DNA of 58,283 bases. Origin: an uncultured Nitrospira sp. GTDB taxonomy: Bacteria > Nitrospirota > Nitrospiria > Nitrospirales > Nitrospiraceae. The notes beneath the pieces were generated by a model, which was not told the DNA's origin, ran no database searches, and was given only the letters and a program-made list of their open reading frames with translations. The stretch is taken from the NCBI GenBank assembly GCA_964590845.1, contig CAZPYP010000003.1, positions 1 to 58,283 of the forward strand. Direction: 5' to 3'. Shown one piece after another: positions 17,203 through 26,134 of this stretch (positions are counted from its first letter, which is position 1; every line of letters begins with the position of its first letter). Made by a program: the position numbers and the translations under genes.

Positions 17203-18966
17203 TCAGAGATAGTTCAGCAGGGAGTTTTCGAACACCTTCGTCAGCGTCCGACTGGCAGCCTCAAGCGCGAACTGTTGCAGAGTCAAATCGGATATCGCCT
17301 TCGCCAGATCGATGTCTTCCGTCTGCGACAAGGTTTGCGTGAAGAACCCTTTGGCATCTTCGAGCTGAGCCGCGCTGCTCGTCAACCGGTTGGACAAGGC
17401 TCCCACTTCGCCCTGCACGGCGCCGATGGCGGCGAGGCTTCCGTCGATTCCGCCCAGCGACCTCGTGACCCCGCCCCGCTCGTTGGTCCGCAAGGAGGTG
17501 ACCAACTCCTTGATCGTCGCGAACAGATCCGCGGTCGGGGTCGCGAACATCCGATCGCCCGAGACGTTGGTCGCGACCGATTGATCGTTGCCGACTTCGA
17601 TGCTGTGCACCCCGCTGTCCCCCTGATACTGCACGCCGGTCACGATGGAGAAGAGATCCCCGGAGGCCGGAGCGCCGGTTCCGTTGGTGAGCGTGACGCG
17701 AATGCCGTCGAAGCTGATGTCCCCTCCCGAGACGTACGTCTGGTTCGCCAGCACCGTCCGAGGAGCAAGGCCCACGGTAAACGTGTCCCCGGTCTGGGGT
17801 CCCCCCTGCTGTCCATTGGACACCGTCACGCGCAGCCCGTCGAAGGCAATCTGACTGCCGGAGACGTACGTATTCCCGGACGACAGCGTGGTTCCCGCCG
17901 TGCTGTCCAAGACGGAGTACTGAGTCGGCGAGGTGAACTGAATCTGGTATTGATGCAGCTTGAGCTGGGCCGGATTCGCGATGCCGGCATCGGAGACGAA
18001 CGCCGCTCCCCCGTTCGATGCGCCCTTGGCGACCGTCGGCGGTACCGTCACATCGAGGACGTCGTACGTGGTCCCTGACGAAAACCGGATCAGGTAATCG
18101 TCCATGGTCACCAGATTCGGGTCACCGACGCGGCCGGCGCTCGCGGAGACACCGCCGCTGTTGCCGGAAGCCCGGGCGACGGACGCCGTCAAGGCGAACG
18201 GGCTGGCTCCTGTGGTGACGCTGCCTCCCGCCAATCCCAACACCGCGCGGGCGGTGCCGCCCGTGACTTCGACGGTCGAGGTCGTGCCGTATTGGCCCGA
18301 GGCGATGACGAGGTGATCTCCCTCGAACGTGACGCTCACCTGTTTGCCCGCCGCCGAGAGCACGCCATCCTGATTGATGCGGCTTTGCAACAGTGCGGCA
18401 AGCTCGCTCCCTGTATAGCCGGCGGTCGCCGCAACGAGATCGATCGTCCCGGAGGTCACGCCGTCGACGCTGACCACCAAGGTATCGGTCGATCCGTTCG
18501 TGACCGTAACCGGCGTCGTGATGCTGAGGCCGGTCGTTCGTCCATGCGTGCTCGTCCCCGTGAAGATGGCCTGTCCGTTCAACTCGGTGTTGGCAAACAA
18601 CTGGATCTGCGCGAGCAACTGCCGCACCTCGCGGGCGCCGACCGCCCGTTCGGCCGGGCCGTTGGTATCGTTGCCGAATTGCACGGCGAGCTGCCTGACG
18701 CGGGACAACACCTCCGTCGAGCTGCTCAGGACCTTGTCGGACAAATCCAATCTGGTCTGCCCAAACGTGATGTTCCGCGTCCGCTGATCGATCGCCGCGA
18801 TGGAAGCCTTGTCCAACATGATGTGATTGTAGATGCTGGGATCGTCGGAGGGTCGGAGGACGGCTTTGCCCGTCGAGACCTGTTGCTGCAACTCGAGCAG
18901 GCGGGCGCGCGAGCGCTGCAGGGTATTGGCCAGCACCCCGAAGGTCTGTTGTTCCGTCACTCTCAT
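17203..18966 (-). CDS. flgL: Flagellar hook-associated protein 3 FlgL
   Basis: MRVT...QVSTGK..RPSDDP N-terminus; EDIDLAKAISDL...ENSLLNYL C-terminus; downstream of flgK. Confidence 0.93.
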   Translation of the reverse strand: MRVTEQQTFGVLANTLQRSRARLLELQQQVSTGKAVLRPSDDPSIYNHIMLDKASIAAIDQRTRNITFGQTRLDLSDKVLSSSTEVLSRVRQLAVQFGNDTNGPAERAVGAREVRQLLAQIQLFANTELNGQAIFTGTSTHGRTTGLSITTPVTVTNGSTDTLVVSVDGVTSGTIDLVAATAGYTGSELAALLQSRINQDGVLSAAGKQVSVTFEGDHLVIASGQYGTTSTVEVTGGTARAVLGLAGGSVTTGASPFALTASVARASGNSGGVSASAGRVGDPNLVTMDDYLIRFSSGTTYDVLDVTVPPTVAKGASNGGAAFVSDAGIANPAQLKLHQYQIQFTSPTQYSVLDSTAGTTLSSGNTYVSGSQIAFDGLRVTVSNGQQGGPQTGDTFTVGLAPRTVLANQTYVSGGDISFDGIRVTLTNGTGAPASGDLFSIVTGVQYQGDSGVHSIEVGNDQSVATNVSGDRMFATPTADLFATIKELVTSLRTNERGGVTRSLGGIDGSLAAIGAVQGEVGALSNRLTSSAAQLEDAKGFFTQTLSQTEDIDLAKAISDLTLQQFALEAASRTLTKVFENSLLNYL

Positions 18967-18981
18967 GTCCCCACCTCGCAG

Positions 18982-21006
18982 CTACCGTTTCAAGGACAGC
19001 AACGTTTCGAACATTTCATTCGTCACCGTGACGAGCCGCGACGCCGCTTCGAACCCGCGCTGATACCTGATCAAGTTGACCAGTTCCTCGTCCAGCGACA
19101 CCCCCGACACCTGCGCGCGCAACGTCTCGATCTGATCTTTCAAGATCTCTTGGGCTTCATGGTCGCGGTCGGCGGCCTGCGCCGACACGCCCAGGCCGGC
19201 TGCCGTATTACGGTAGGCGTCGTGAAAGGTGCCGCCGTTGAGCGCCTGGTGCTGTCGATGCTGCAAGGCCACGAGCGCAAGCGCATTCGCGTCGTTGCCC
19301 GGCAGACCCGTCCTCGTCGAGGAGGCCGCGATCGACGACGGACCGGTCAGCGCGACCGACAGCCGCTTGGCCGCATCGTGGTACGAGTTGGCCTTCAGCA
19401 CGTCTCCCGCGGCAGGAACGCCTGTGACGGTGACGCTGATGCCGTCGAAGGTAAAGGTGGCCGGGCTGCCGTAGGTACCTGAAGCCGCCGTGGAAATGCC
19501 GCTCGTCAATCCCAACGAGGCACGGGCGGTTCCGCCCGTCACGTTGACGGCCGACGTCGACGCCGTCGAGTTGGAGGTGATGACGAACCGGCTCGTGGTT
19601 TGGTCGAATATGACCGAGACCGTTTTCCCCGCCGCCTGCAACGCCGCGTCCCCATTGATTTTGTTTTGGAGTTCCTGAGCCAAGGCCGCCCCGGACGCAT
19701 ACGGCAATCCCGGCGAGGCGGCCCCCGCTAATGTGATGGTGCCGCTCGCCACGCCGTCGACCGTGACGGTCAAGGTATCGTTCGAGCCGGTGACGATCGC
19801 CAATGGCGTGGCCGACGAAGGGGCCGTGATTTGCGTGCCGGTATAGTTGCCCTTGATCGTCGCGCCCGTCGTGGCATCGACGATGGAGTAGGCGCTGGAG
19901 CTGGAGAATCGGATCTCATAGTCGTGTTGGGTTAAGAGGCTGCTGGCCGTCACGGCGCCGGATCCGATGGCGGCCGCCCCTTGATTGAGAGCGCTGTTCT
20001 CCGTCGTCACGACGAGCGGACTGAAGAAATCGCGCCCGGTCGATCCGTCCAAACCGAACCCTTGCCGGTGAACCTGGTTGACCTCGTTGACCAGGGTGGC
20101 GGCCAGGCGGTCGAAGGATTGCTGCATGTCTCGAACCGTCTGATCGCGCAAATCCAGCAGGCTGCGGATCCGCCCGTTCGAGATGAGAGAGTCGATCGTC
20201 AGCGGCCTCGTCCCACCCATCAAATAGCCGATGCCGACCAACCCCCGGTTGGCCGGATCTTCTACCGCCGCCAGCTCGCGGACCGTTCCGCTCTCCACCA
20301 ACACTTGGCCCCTGGCCACGAAAATTCCCAACGCGCCGGACGCATTTTCGATGGTCGTCACGTCGATGCGTTGCGCCAGATCGTTGACCACCGCATCCCG
20401 CTGGTCCCGCAGGTCGTTGGCGTTCTGTCCCGTCACTTCGGCCGTGACGATCTTGTCGTTCAGCTCGGCGATCTGCTTGGCGAGGCTGTTGATCTCGGTG
20501 ACGGTCTGCTTCACCTGAAAATTCAGCGACTGCTCGGCGGTTTTGAGTTCCAATGACGCCTGATTGAGGCTGGAACTCAACTGGGAGGCTTTGGCGAGGA
20601 GCACGGAGCGGGCCGTGAGTTCGTTGGGGTTCGTCGCGACATCCTGAAACCCTTGGAACAAATCGCTGATACGGGCGGCGATGCCCTCGTTGTTGCTGTC
20701 TTTGAAGATGTTTTGCAGCCGAAACAGTTCGTCGCGGGAGACCGAGAGCCGCCCCAGATCCTGGCGGGAGGTCGTCAACTGGCGATTCACGAATTGATCC
20801 ACGAACCGCCGGATCGCCACGGCCTGGACACCCGTTCCCATCATCCCCGGCGTGCCGTTGACCGGCGGCCGTTCGGACACCACCGTCTCTTGCCGGGAAT
20901 AACCTGGAGTGTTGAGGTTCGCGACGTTGTGGCCGGTGACGGTGATGGCCTTCTGGGAGGTGCTGAGAGCGGTTCGGGCAATATCGAAGAGGACGTTCAG
21001 AGACAT
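18982..21006 (-). CDS. flgK: Flagellar hook-associated protein 1 FlgK
   Basis: TGHNVANLNTPGYSRQ, NDLRDQRD, SGVSLDEELVNLIRYQRGFEAASR. Confidence 0.95.
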   Translation of the reverse strand: MSLNVLFDIARTALSTSQKAITVTGHNVANLNTPGYSRQETVVSERPPVNGTPGMMGTGVQAVAIRRFVDQFVNRQLTTSRQDLGRLSVSRDELFRLQNIFKDSNNEGIAARISDLFQGFQDVATNPNELTARSVLLAKASQLSSSLNQASLELKTAEQSLNFQVKQTVTEINSLAKQIAELNDKIVTAEVTGQNANDLRDQRDAVVNDLAQRIDVTTIENASGALGIFVARGQVLVESGTVRELAAVEDPANRGLVGIGYLMGGTRPLTIDSLISNGRIRSLLDLRDQTVRDMQQSFDRLAATLVNEVNQVHRQGFGLDGSTGRDFFSPLVVTTENSALNQGAAAIGSGAVTASSLLTQHDYEIRFSSSSAYSIVDATTGATIKGNYTGTQITAPSSATPLAIVTGSNDTLTVTVDGVASGTITLAGAASPGLPYASGAALAQELQNKINGDAALQAAGKTVSVIFDQTTSRFVITSNSTASTSAVNVTGGTARASLGLTSGISTAASGTYGSPATFTFDGISVTVTGVPAAGDVLKANSYHDAAKRLSVALTGPSSIAASSTRTGLPGNDANALALVALQHRQHQALNGGTFHDAYRNTAAGLGVSAQAADRDHEAQEILKDQIETLRAQVSGVSLDEELVNLIRYQRGFEAASRLVTVTNEMFETLLSLKR

Positions 21007-21012
21007 GATGCG

Positions 21013-21522
21013 TTACACCCGCTGCCGTACGAACGAGCCGCCTGAGATGCGCGTGCTCCGGTCGCCGCTGAAGGAATACAAGCCGTCCGTCGAAACCGTT
21101 TCGGTCCAGGCCGACAGCACGTGGGTCACGAAGGACTGAATCGCCTCGATCAACCGGGCGTTGAATGCGATCTCCTCACGGACCGTGCGCAGTTTTCTCG
21201 CCAGTCTGGCGTACCGCTCATCGAGCCCCGGGGAAGCGGGCGACTGCAATCGTTCGGCAATCGTCTGCAGCGTGAGCCGCTCTTCCGGCAGGCCCCAGGA
21301 CTGCGAAAGCCTCACCATGACTTGTTGCCGTTCGCCCTCGAGCAGCTCCAGCGAGGCCAACACGGCGCCCCGTTGTTCGTTGATCGCGTGGAAATCGTCG
21401 ATGGCCAGCCGCCTGATGGCGGTCCGCTCTTTATGGAGCGTCGCCAAGAGCTGATCGCAGGCCGCTTCTTCTCGATTGAGGATGTCGGTAAGCGGAGATA
21501 GGACCGATTGTGCGGCACTCAT
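21013..21522 (-). CDS. flgN: Flagellar export chaperone FlgN
   Basis: Helical 169-aa protein between flgM and flgK; TLQTIAE, NARLIE, C-terminal GLYSFSG. Confidence 0.8.
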   Translation of the reverse strand: MSAAQSVLSPLTDILNREEAACDQLLATLHKERTAIRRLAIDDFHAINEQRGAVLASLELLEGERQQVMVRLSQSWGLPEERLTLQTIAERLQSPASPGLDERYARLARKLRTVREEIAFNARLIEAIQSFVTHVLSAWTETVSTDGLYSFSGDRSTRISGGSFVRQRV

Positions 21523-21595
21523 CGTGGTCTCCCTGCCGGAGCGTCTTGGAATCAGTTGTCGCCCAGTCGCCTCTCGCCAGCAGGGAGAGGGAAGA

Positions 21596-21898
21596 CTACA
21601 GCACTTGTTCCGTCAAGGCATGGCGGATGATCGCATCGCCGACTTTCCGCCCCTCGACGCTGTACGTTCCATTGTTGATCGCTTGGCGGATCCGCTCCAC
21701 CTTTTCCGCGCGTGCCTCGTCCGGCTCGCCGGTGAGCGCCTTGATCCGTTGCAATTCCTTGGCTTGGTCCGAGATCTGAACCCGGTCGCCTTGCCGCTGG
21801 GGCTTCGCACGGTAGCCGCTCGTCGCAGGTCCCGCCTCCTGCACGCCCAACAGCAGTTTCGCGAGATCAGTCGCTCCGCCTCGCCCTGAGATTTCCAT
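21596..21898 (-). CDS. flgM: Anti-sigma28 factor FlgM
   Basis: DRVQISDQAKEL, RAEKVERIRQAINNGTYSV. Confidence 0.92.
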   Translation of the reverse strand: MEISGRGGATDLAKLLLGVQEAGPATSGYRAKPQRQGDRVQISDQAKELQRIKALTGEPDEARAEKVERIRQAINNGTYSVEGRKVGDAIIRHALTEQVL

Positions 21899-21900
21899 CG

Positions 21901-22344
21901 TCACTCCCTCCCCTGATTCGATTCTCTTCCCACCTGGAGCGGGCTTCCGAGAGTCCCGCCCTCACCGGAACCGTTATCGGCGTCCCGGACGGGAAACTTG
22001 AGCCCCCTGCTCTCGGTTACGGCATGTTGTTGCTGGATATAGGCCTCCACCATGGCTCCGACCCCGAAGCCCCCGGCCTCCGCGGCCCGGCGACCGATTT
22101 CCTGATCGTAGAAGGACTGAAACATCTCCCCGGCTTGGTTTTTCAGTAGCCCGGCATGCACGGTTTCCCTCATCACTTTGAGCAGATAGGAGACAAAGAA
22201 GCCCTCGAATTCTTTGCCTGCTTCCCTGATTCGCTCGGCGGCCTGATGCGCATGAACAGACTGCAACGCCCGAATCGCTCCTTCATACTGTGGATCCGAC
22301 GAATCCGTGGAGATATTGAGGGGAAGCGAGAGGTCCATCACCAT
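21901..22344 (-). CDS. flgJ: FlgJ-like rod-binding protein (no muramidase domain)
   Basis: AGKEFEGFFVSYLLKVMRETV...FQSFYDQEI...GFGVGAM; follows flgI; start approximate. Confidence 0.8.
   Translation of the reverse strand: MVMDLSLPLNISTDSSDPQYEGAIRALQSVHAHQAAERIREAGKEFEGFFVSYLLKVMRETVHAGLLKNQAGEMFQSFYDQEIGRRAAEAGGFGVGAMVEAYIQQQHAVTESRGLKFPVRDADNGSGEGGTLGSPLQVGRESNQGRE
21974..22001 (-). promoter_or_regulatory. sigma28 (FliA) promoter for flgM-flgN-flgK-flgL, inside flgJ 3' end
   Basis: TCAAGTTT...GCCGATAA (TCAA-N16-GCCGATAA) about 75 nt upstream of flgM. Confidence 0.78.
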
Positions 22345-22407
22345 ATCTTTCAATAAGTTAGCTTAACTCCACCCAGCACACCCTGGTTCTTCTGACGAGC
22401 CTATCCA

Positions 22408-23559
22408 TTATATGACCTCAAGCGCAGCTTGGAGGGCTCCGGCTGCCTTGAGCGCCGACAGGATGGCGACAAGATCTCTGGGAGTGACCCCCACCGCATT
22501 CAAGGCCTTCACCACTTCACCCAACGTGACGGTCTCATCGACGACGATCAGACGGGATTCCTGTTCCTTCACGTCGGTCTGCGTATCCGGCGTGACCACG
22601 GTCTGTCCGCCGGTCGAACCGATGACTGGCGCCGTGGGCTGCGAGACGTTCAATGTGTTCTTCACCGAGATCGTCAAGTTGCCATGCGAGATGGCACAAG
22701 TGGAGATCCGCACATGTTCCCCGAGCACCACGGTGCCAGTCCGCTCGTTCACCACGACTTTGGCCGGCACATCGACCGCCACGTCGAGCCCTTCCATCGT
22801 CGCGATGTACTCCACCACCCGCCCTTGGAAACTCGGAGGGATCGTCGACTTGACCAGTCCCGCGTTGACCGGCAGGGCCGTCCCCTTGCCGAAAACATTG
22901 TCGATGGCTTCGGCCGTGCGAATGGAGGTGGTGAAATCCGCCTGCCGCAACAGGATGGAAATCGTTTCCCAGTTTTCGATGTTCACCACCAATTCCTTTT
23001 CGACGAGAGCGCCGCTTGGCACGACGCCGGCCGCTTGATGGTTCTTGGACACCGTGGATCCACCTGCCCCGCCGACTCCGCCCAAGAATCCGCCGATCGA
23101 AATCGGTCCCTGCGCCACCGCGAACACCTGTTGATTGGGCGCTTTCAACGGCGTGAGGAGCAACGTGCCGCCCTGCAGGCTCTTGGCGTTCGCCATCGAA
23201 GAGACGACCACGTCCAGCGACATGCCTGGTTTGGTGAACGGCGGCAGTTTGGCCGTGACCATGACGGAGGCGATGTTTCTCGTCAGCAACTGGATGGGAT
23301 CGATCACGAGGTTGATACCCATCTTGTTCAACATCGACATCATCGCCTGGATCGTGAACTGGCCGCCGATGACCTGATCACCGGTCCGATCGAGCCCCAC
23401 CACCAACCCATAACCGATCAACTGGTTGTCACGGACACCTTCGATCGATCCGATGTCCTTGATGCGAACGGCCTCCGCCGAGCCGGACCATGGCCCGAGC
23501 GTGATGACCGTCGACATGGCGATGACACCGACTGTTCTGATCAACGATGCAAGGTCCAT
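22408..23559 (-). CDS. flgI: Flagellar P-ring protein FlgI
   Basis: Signal peptide, RIKDIGSIEGVRDNQLIGYGLVVGL, SLQGGTLLLTPL, LKAAGALQAALEVI. Confidence 0.96.
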   Translation of the reverse strand: MDLASLIRTVGVIAMSTVITLGPWSGSAEAVRIKDIGSIEGVRDNQLIGYGLVVGLDRTGDQVIGGQFTIQAMMSMLNKMGINLVIDPIQLLTRNIASVMVTAKLPPFTKPGMSLDVVVSSMANAKSLQGGTLLLTPLKAPNQQVFAVAQGPISIGGFLGGVGGAGGSTVSKNHQAAGVVPSGALVEKELVVNIENWETISILLRQADFTTSIRTAEAIDNVFGKGTALPVNAGLVKSTIPPSFQGRVVEYIATMEGLDVAVDVPAKVVVNERTGTVVLGEHVRISTCAISHGNLTISVKNTLNVSQPTAPVIGSTGGQTVVTPDTQTDVKEQESRLIVVDETVTLGEVVKALNAVGVTPRDLVAILSALKAAGALQAALEVI

Positions 23560-23759
23560 ATGCCCTTCGTCGTCTCCCTGAAAAAAAGCTGCGCGATACG
23601 CTCGACCAGATAGCGCCCGGTCTGACTGACGATCGGCGCCGGGATTCCACTCGAGTCACGAGGCTGCTGGCGGAACGTGAGCGACCGGGCCGGTCTCGGC
23701 GGCTTGAAATCCGCCGAGCGAACCACTCCACTCATGACCATCATCTCAACGGTGTGCAT
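23541..23759 (-). CDS. Small hypothetical protein (72 aa) between flgH and flgI
   Basis: Strong SD (AAAGGGAGG) shortly before ATG; fills the flgH-flgI gap; overlaps flgI start by 19 nt; no recognisable motif. Confidence 0.45.
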   Translation of the reverse strand: MHTVEMMVMSGVVRSADFKPPRPARSLTFRQQPRDSSGIPAPIVSQTGRYLVERIAQLFFRETTKGIWTLHR

Positions 23760-23854
23760 GCGACACCTCCCTTTGGAGCAGTCACCTTTCGGGCTGCTGC
23801 CTGTCCCCTTGACCGCCCTCAGACGGCCCCGCCTCGGAGGCTGAGCCGATCCCC

Positions 23855-24541
23855 TTAGAACGGATAGATCCAGTCAAGGACCCTCACCAACCATCCAGGC
23901 CGCTGAACGTCGTCTACCACTCCCAGGCCGGAGTACTCGATCTTCGCATCCGCAATGGCGGACGACAGCACCGTGTTCTTCGTGTCCACGTCCACCCGCC
24001 GCACGACCCCGCTCAGCATCATGATCTGTTTTTCGCTGTTGACCGTCACTTCACGACGCCCTTCCATGCGGAGGTCCCCGTTCGGCAACACCTCGGTGAC
24101 GATCGCCGAAATGGTCCCGGTCAGGGTATCTTCCCGGTTGGTCGCGCCCTTTCCGCCGAACTTGCTCTTGGCGCTCGCGTCGATGCCCAGACCGCGCGTC
24201 GCTTCCGCGCCAAGCCGCACCCCGGGGATGCCCAGATACCCGATGCCGGAACCGCTCAGACTGTTGTCGACGGTCGATTCGCGCTCCGCTTTGGTGTCGG
24301 CCGACTTCGAGCCTTTGTGTTTCTCGACGATCTTGATCGTCAGAATATCGCCGGGCCGCATGGCGCGCATGTCTTCATACAGGTAGGCGCGGCCGTTTTC
24401 CTCCTGCCACAAGGACCCGACGGTCTTGGGCGGCGGCAACGGAGGAACGATGAGCTTGCCGCTTACGTTGGGACCGGAAGCGCACCCGGCGCACAGCGCC
24501 AGCATCGTCAGCCATCCGGCGCTGAGGCGGTTAAAACTCAA
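23855..24541 (-). CDS. flgH: Flagellar L-ring lipoprotein FlgH
   Basis: Lipobox-like LCAGC, LYEDMRAMRPGDILTI, VLPNGDL..EGRREVTVN, IADAKIEYSG, WIYPF. Confidence 0.95.
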   Translation of the reverse strand: MSFNRLSAGWLTMLALCAGCASGPNVSGKLIVPPLPPPKTVGSLWQEENGRAYLYEDMRAMRPGDILTIKIVEKHKGSKSADTKAERESTVDNSLSGSGIGYLGIPGVRLGAEATRGLGIDASAKSKFGGKGATNREDTLTGTISAIVTEVLPNGDLRMEGRREVTVNSEKQIMMLSGVVRRVDVDTKNTVLSSAIADAKIEYSGLGVVDDVQRPGWLVRVLDWIYPF

Positions 24542-25319
24542 CGCGCACCAATCCCGGCGAGACGACCTTCGCCCGCAATTCTTTTCCCGAATCGCTGTTC
24601 GTCACCGTCACCATCTGGCCTTGTTCGGCGGCCGCCTTCGTCACGCCGACGGCTTGGATGGAGAGCCCGCCGCTCCTCGCTTCGATCGTGACCCGATCGC
24701 CTTTCCGCACCGCGTAGGGTCTCTTGAGCGACGCGAGTCTGATCGGCAACTGGGATTGCAGCGGTCTCACGGCGCTTTTGCCGATGACCTCGCTGGGATC
24801 GGTGACGAACTGTTGGCGCAAATCCATCACCTTGATCCGCGACAGGGTCACGTCTTCCGGCTCGATGACTTCGTCCTGTTTGATCAACCTGGCCGGCACC
24901 ACGACGTCGGCAAAGCCGGTGACGTCGGACAAGACTTCGACCGTTTCCACCGGCCTCCCATTGGTCGACAGCTGCACGTTGAACACCCGCCGGCCGAGTC
25001 CCTCGTCGAGCAAGCTCGGAAGGACGGCGATCTCCGCCCGTCCCGCCGGCATCCGAATCGGCTCCTGCGGCTCGATCACCGCCACCTGAACTTCCCTCAA
25101 TTTTCCGGCGAGCGACTGTTCGAGATGGCGGACGATGGCCCGCCGCAGCTGTTCTGGCTGCACAAGGGAGCGGCTCCGCTGGGGCAAGTCTCCGGTCCCC
25201 ATGACGGAGGCCGTGTGAACCGGCTGCTCGCCGCACCATCCAGTGGCCGGCAGGCTCAGCGCGCAGACGGCCGCGGACAACCACGCGGCCCCGATGGATC
25301 GCCACCTCCGTGCGTTCAT
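24531..25319 (-). CDS. flgA: P-ring assembly chaperone FlgA
   Basis: Signal peptide, SAF-like domain, VRKGDRVTI...GQMVTVTNSDSGKELRAKV. Confidence 0.9.
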   Translation of the reverse strand: MNARRWRSIGAAWLSAAVCALSLPATGWCGEQPVHTASVMGTGDLPQRSRSLVQPEQLRRAIVRHLEQSLAGKLREVQVAVIEPQEPIRMPAGRAEIAVLPSLLDEGLGRRVFNVQLSTNGRPVETVEVLSDVTGFADVVVPARLIKQDEVIEPEDVTLSRIKVMDLRQQFVTDPSEVIGKSAVRPLQSQLPIRLASLKRPYAVRKGDRVTIEARSGGLSIQAVGVTKAAAEQGQMVTVTNSDSGKELRAKVVSPGLVRVEF

Positions 25320-25333
25320 GTCACCCTCCGTCG

Positions 25334-26125
25334 TTACCGTCGCAGATTGTTCGCGATCGCCATCATTTCGTCCGAGGCTTGAATCGTCTTGGAGTTGATC
25401 TCATAGCTCCGCTGGGCGATGATCATCGCGACCATTTCTTCCGCCAAGTTGACGTTCGAGCTTTCCAAGAAGCCCTGCTGAATCGTGCCGAACCCGGTGG
25501 AGAACCCGCCCGTGCCTTGAAGCGGGGGGCCGGAGGCAAAACTGTCGAGGAATAAATTGTTGCCCATCGCGACCAACCCCGATGGATTGTCGAACTTCGT
25601 CAATTGGATCTGTCCCACCTGCGAGGCCTGCGTCACGCCGGGTAGCAGCACCGACACGGTCCCATCCTGGCCGATGTCGATCTTGAGTGCGCCGGATGGA
25701 ATCGTAATGACTGGATTGAGCAAGTCGCCGTCGCCCGTAACCAGGTTGCCCACGTTGTCGCGCTTCAGCGAGCCGCTGCGGGTGTACATGATCGTGCCGT
25801 CAGGCCGGGAGACCTGGAAGAATCCCGGTCCGTCGATCGCCAGGTCCAGTTCGTTGTTGGTCTGACGCATGTTGCCCTGCAGCCACTCCTTCGCCACCGT
25901 CACCGGCCGTACCCCGGCGCCGATCTGAATGCCGACCGGATACACGCCGACGTTCGAGGCATTGGTACCCGGCATCCGGTTGATCTGGTACAGGAGGTCG
26001 GAGAACTCCGCCCGGCTGCGCTTGAAGGAGTTCGTGTTGACGTTGGCCAGATTGTGCGCGATCGTGTCGACGTTGATCTGCTGCGCCGTCATGCCCGTTG
26101 AAGCGGTCCACATCGCCCTGATCAT
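25334..26125 (-). CDS. flgG: Distal rod protein FlgG
   Basis: MIRAMWTASTGMTAQQ, FSDLLYQ, LESSNVNLAEEMVAMIIAQRSYE. Confidence 0.96.
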   Translation of the reverse strand: MIRAMWTASTGMTAQQINVDTIAHNLANVNTNSFKRSRAEFSDLLYQINRMPGTNASNVGVYPVGIQIGAGVRPVTVAKEWLQGNMRQTNNELDLAIDGPGFFQVSRPDGTIMYTRSGSLKRDNVGNLVTGDGDLLNPVITIPSGALKIDIGQDGTVSVLLPGVTQASQVGQIQLTKFDNPSGLVAMGNNLFLDSFASGPPLQGTGGFSTGFGTIQQGFLESSNVNLAEEMVAMIIAQRSYEINSKTIQASDEMMAIANNLRR

Positions 26126-26134
26126 AAGTTCCTC

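Noticed and set aside
23770-23850. GAAA-looped stem upstream of the small ORF, considered as a c-di-GMP-I riboswitch
   Set aside because: Lacks the GGCAAAC start and the GACGCAAAG-type junction and second stem; an Infernal search would be needed to rescue it
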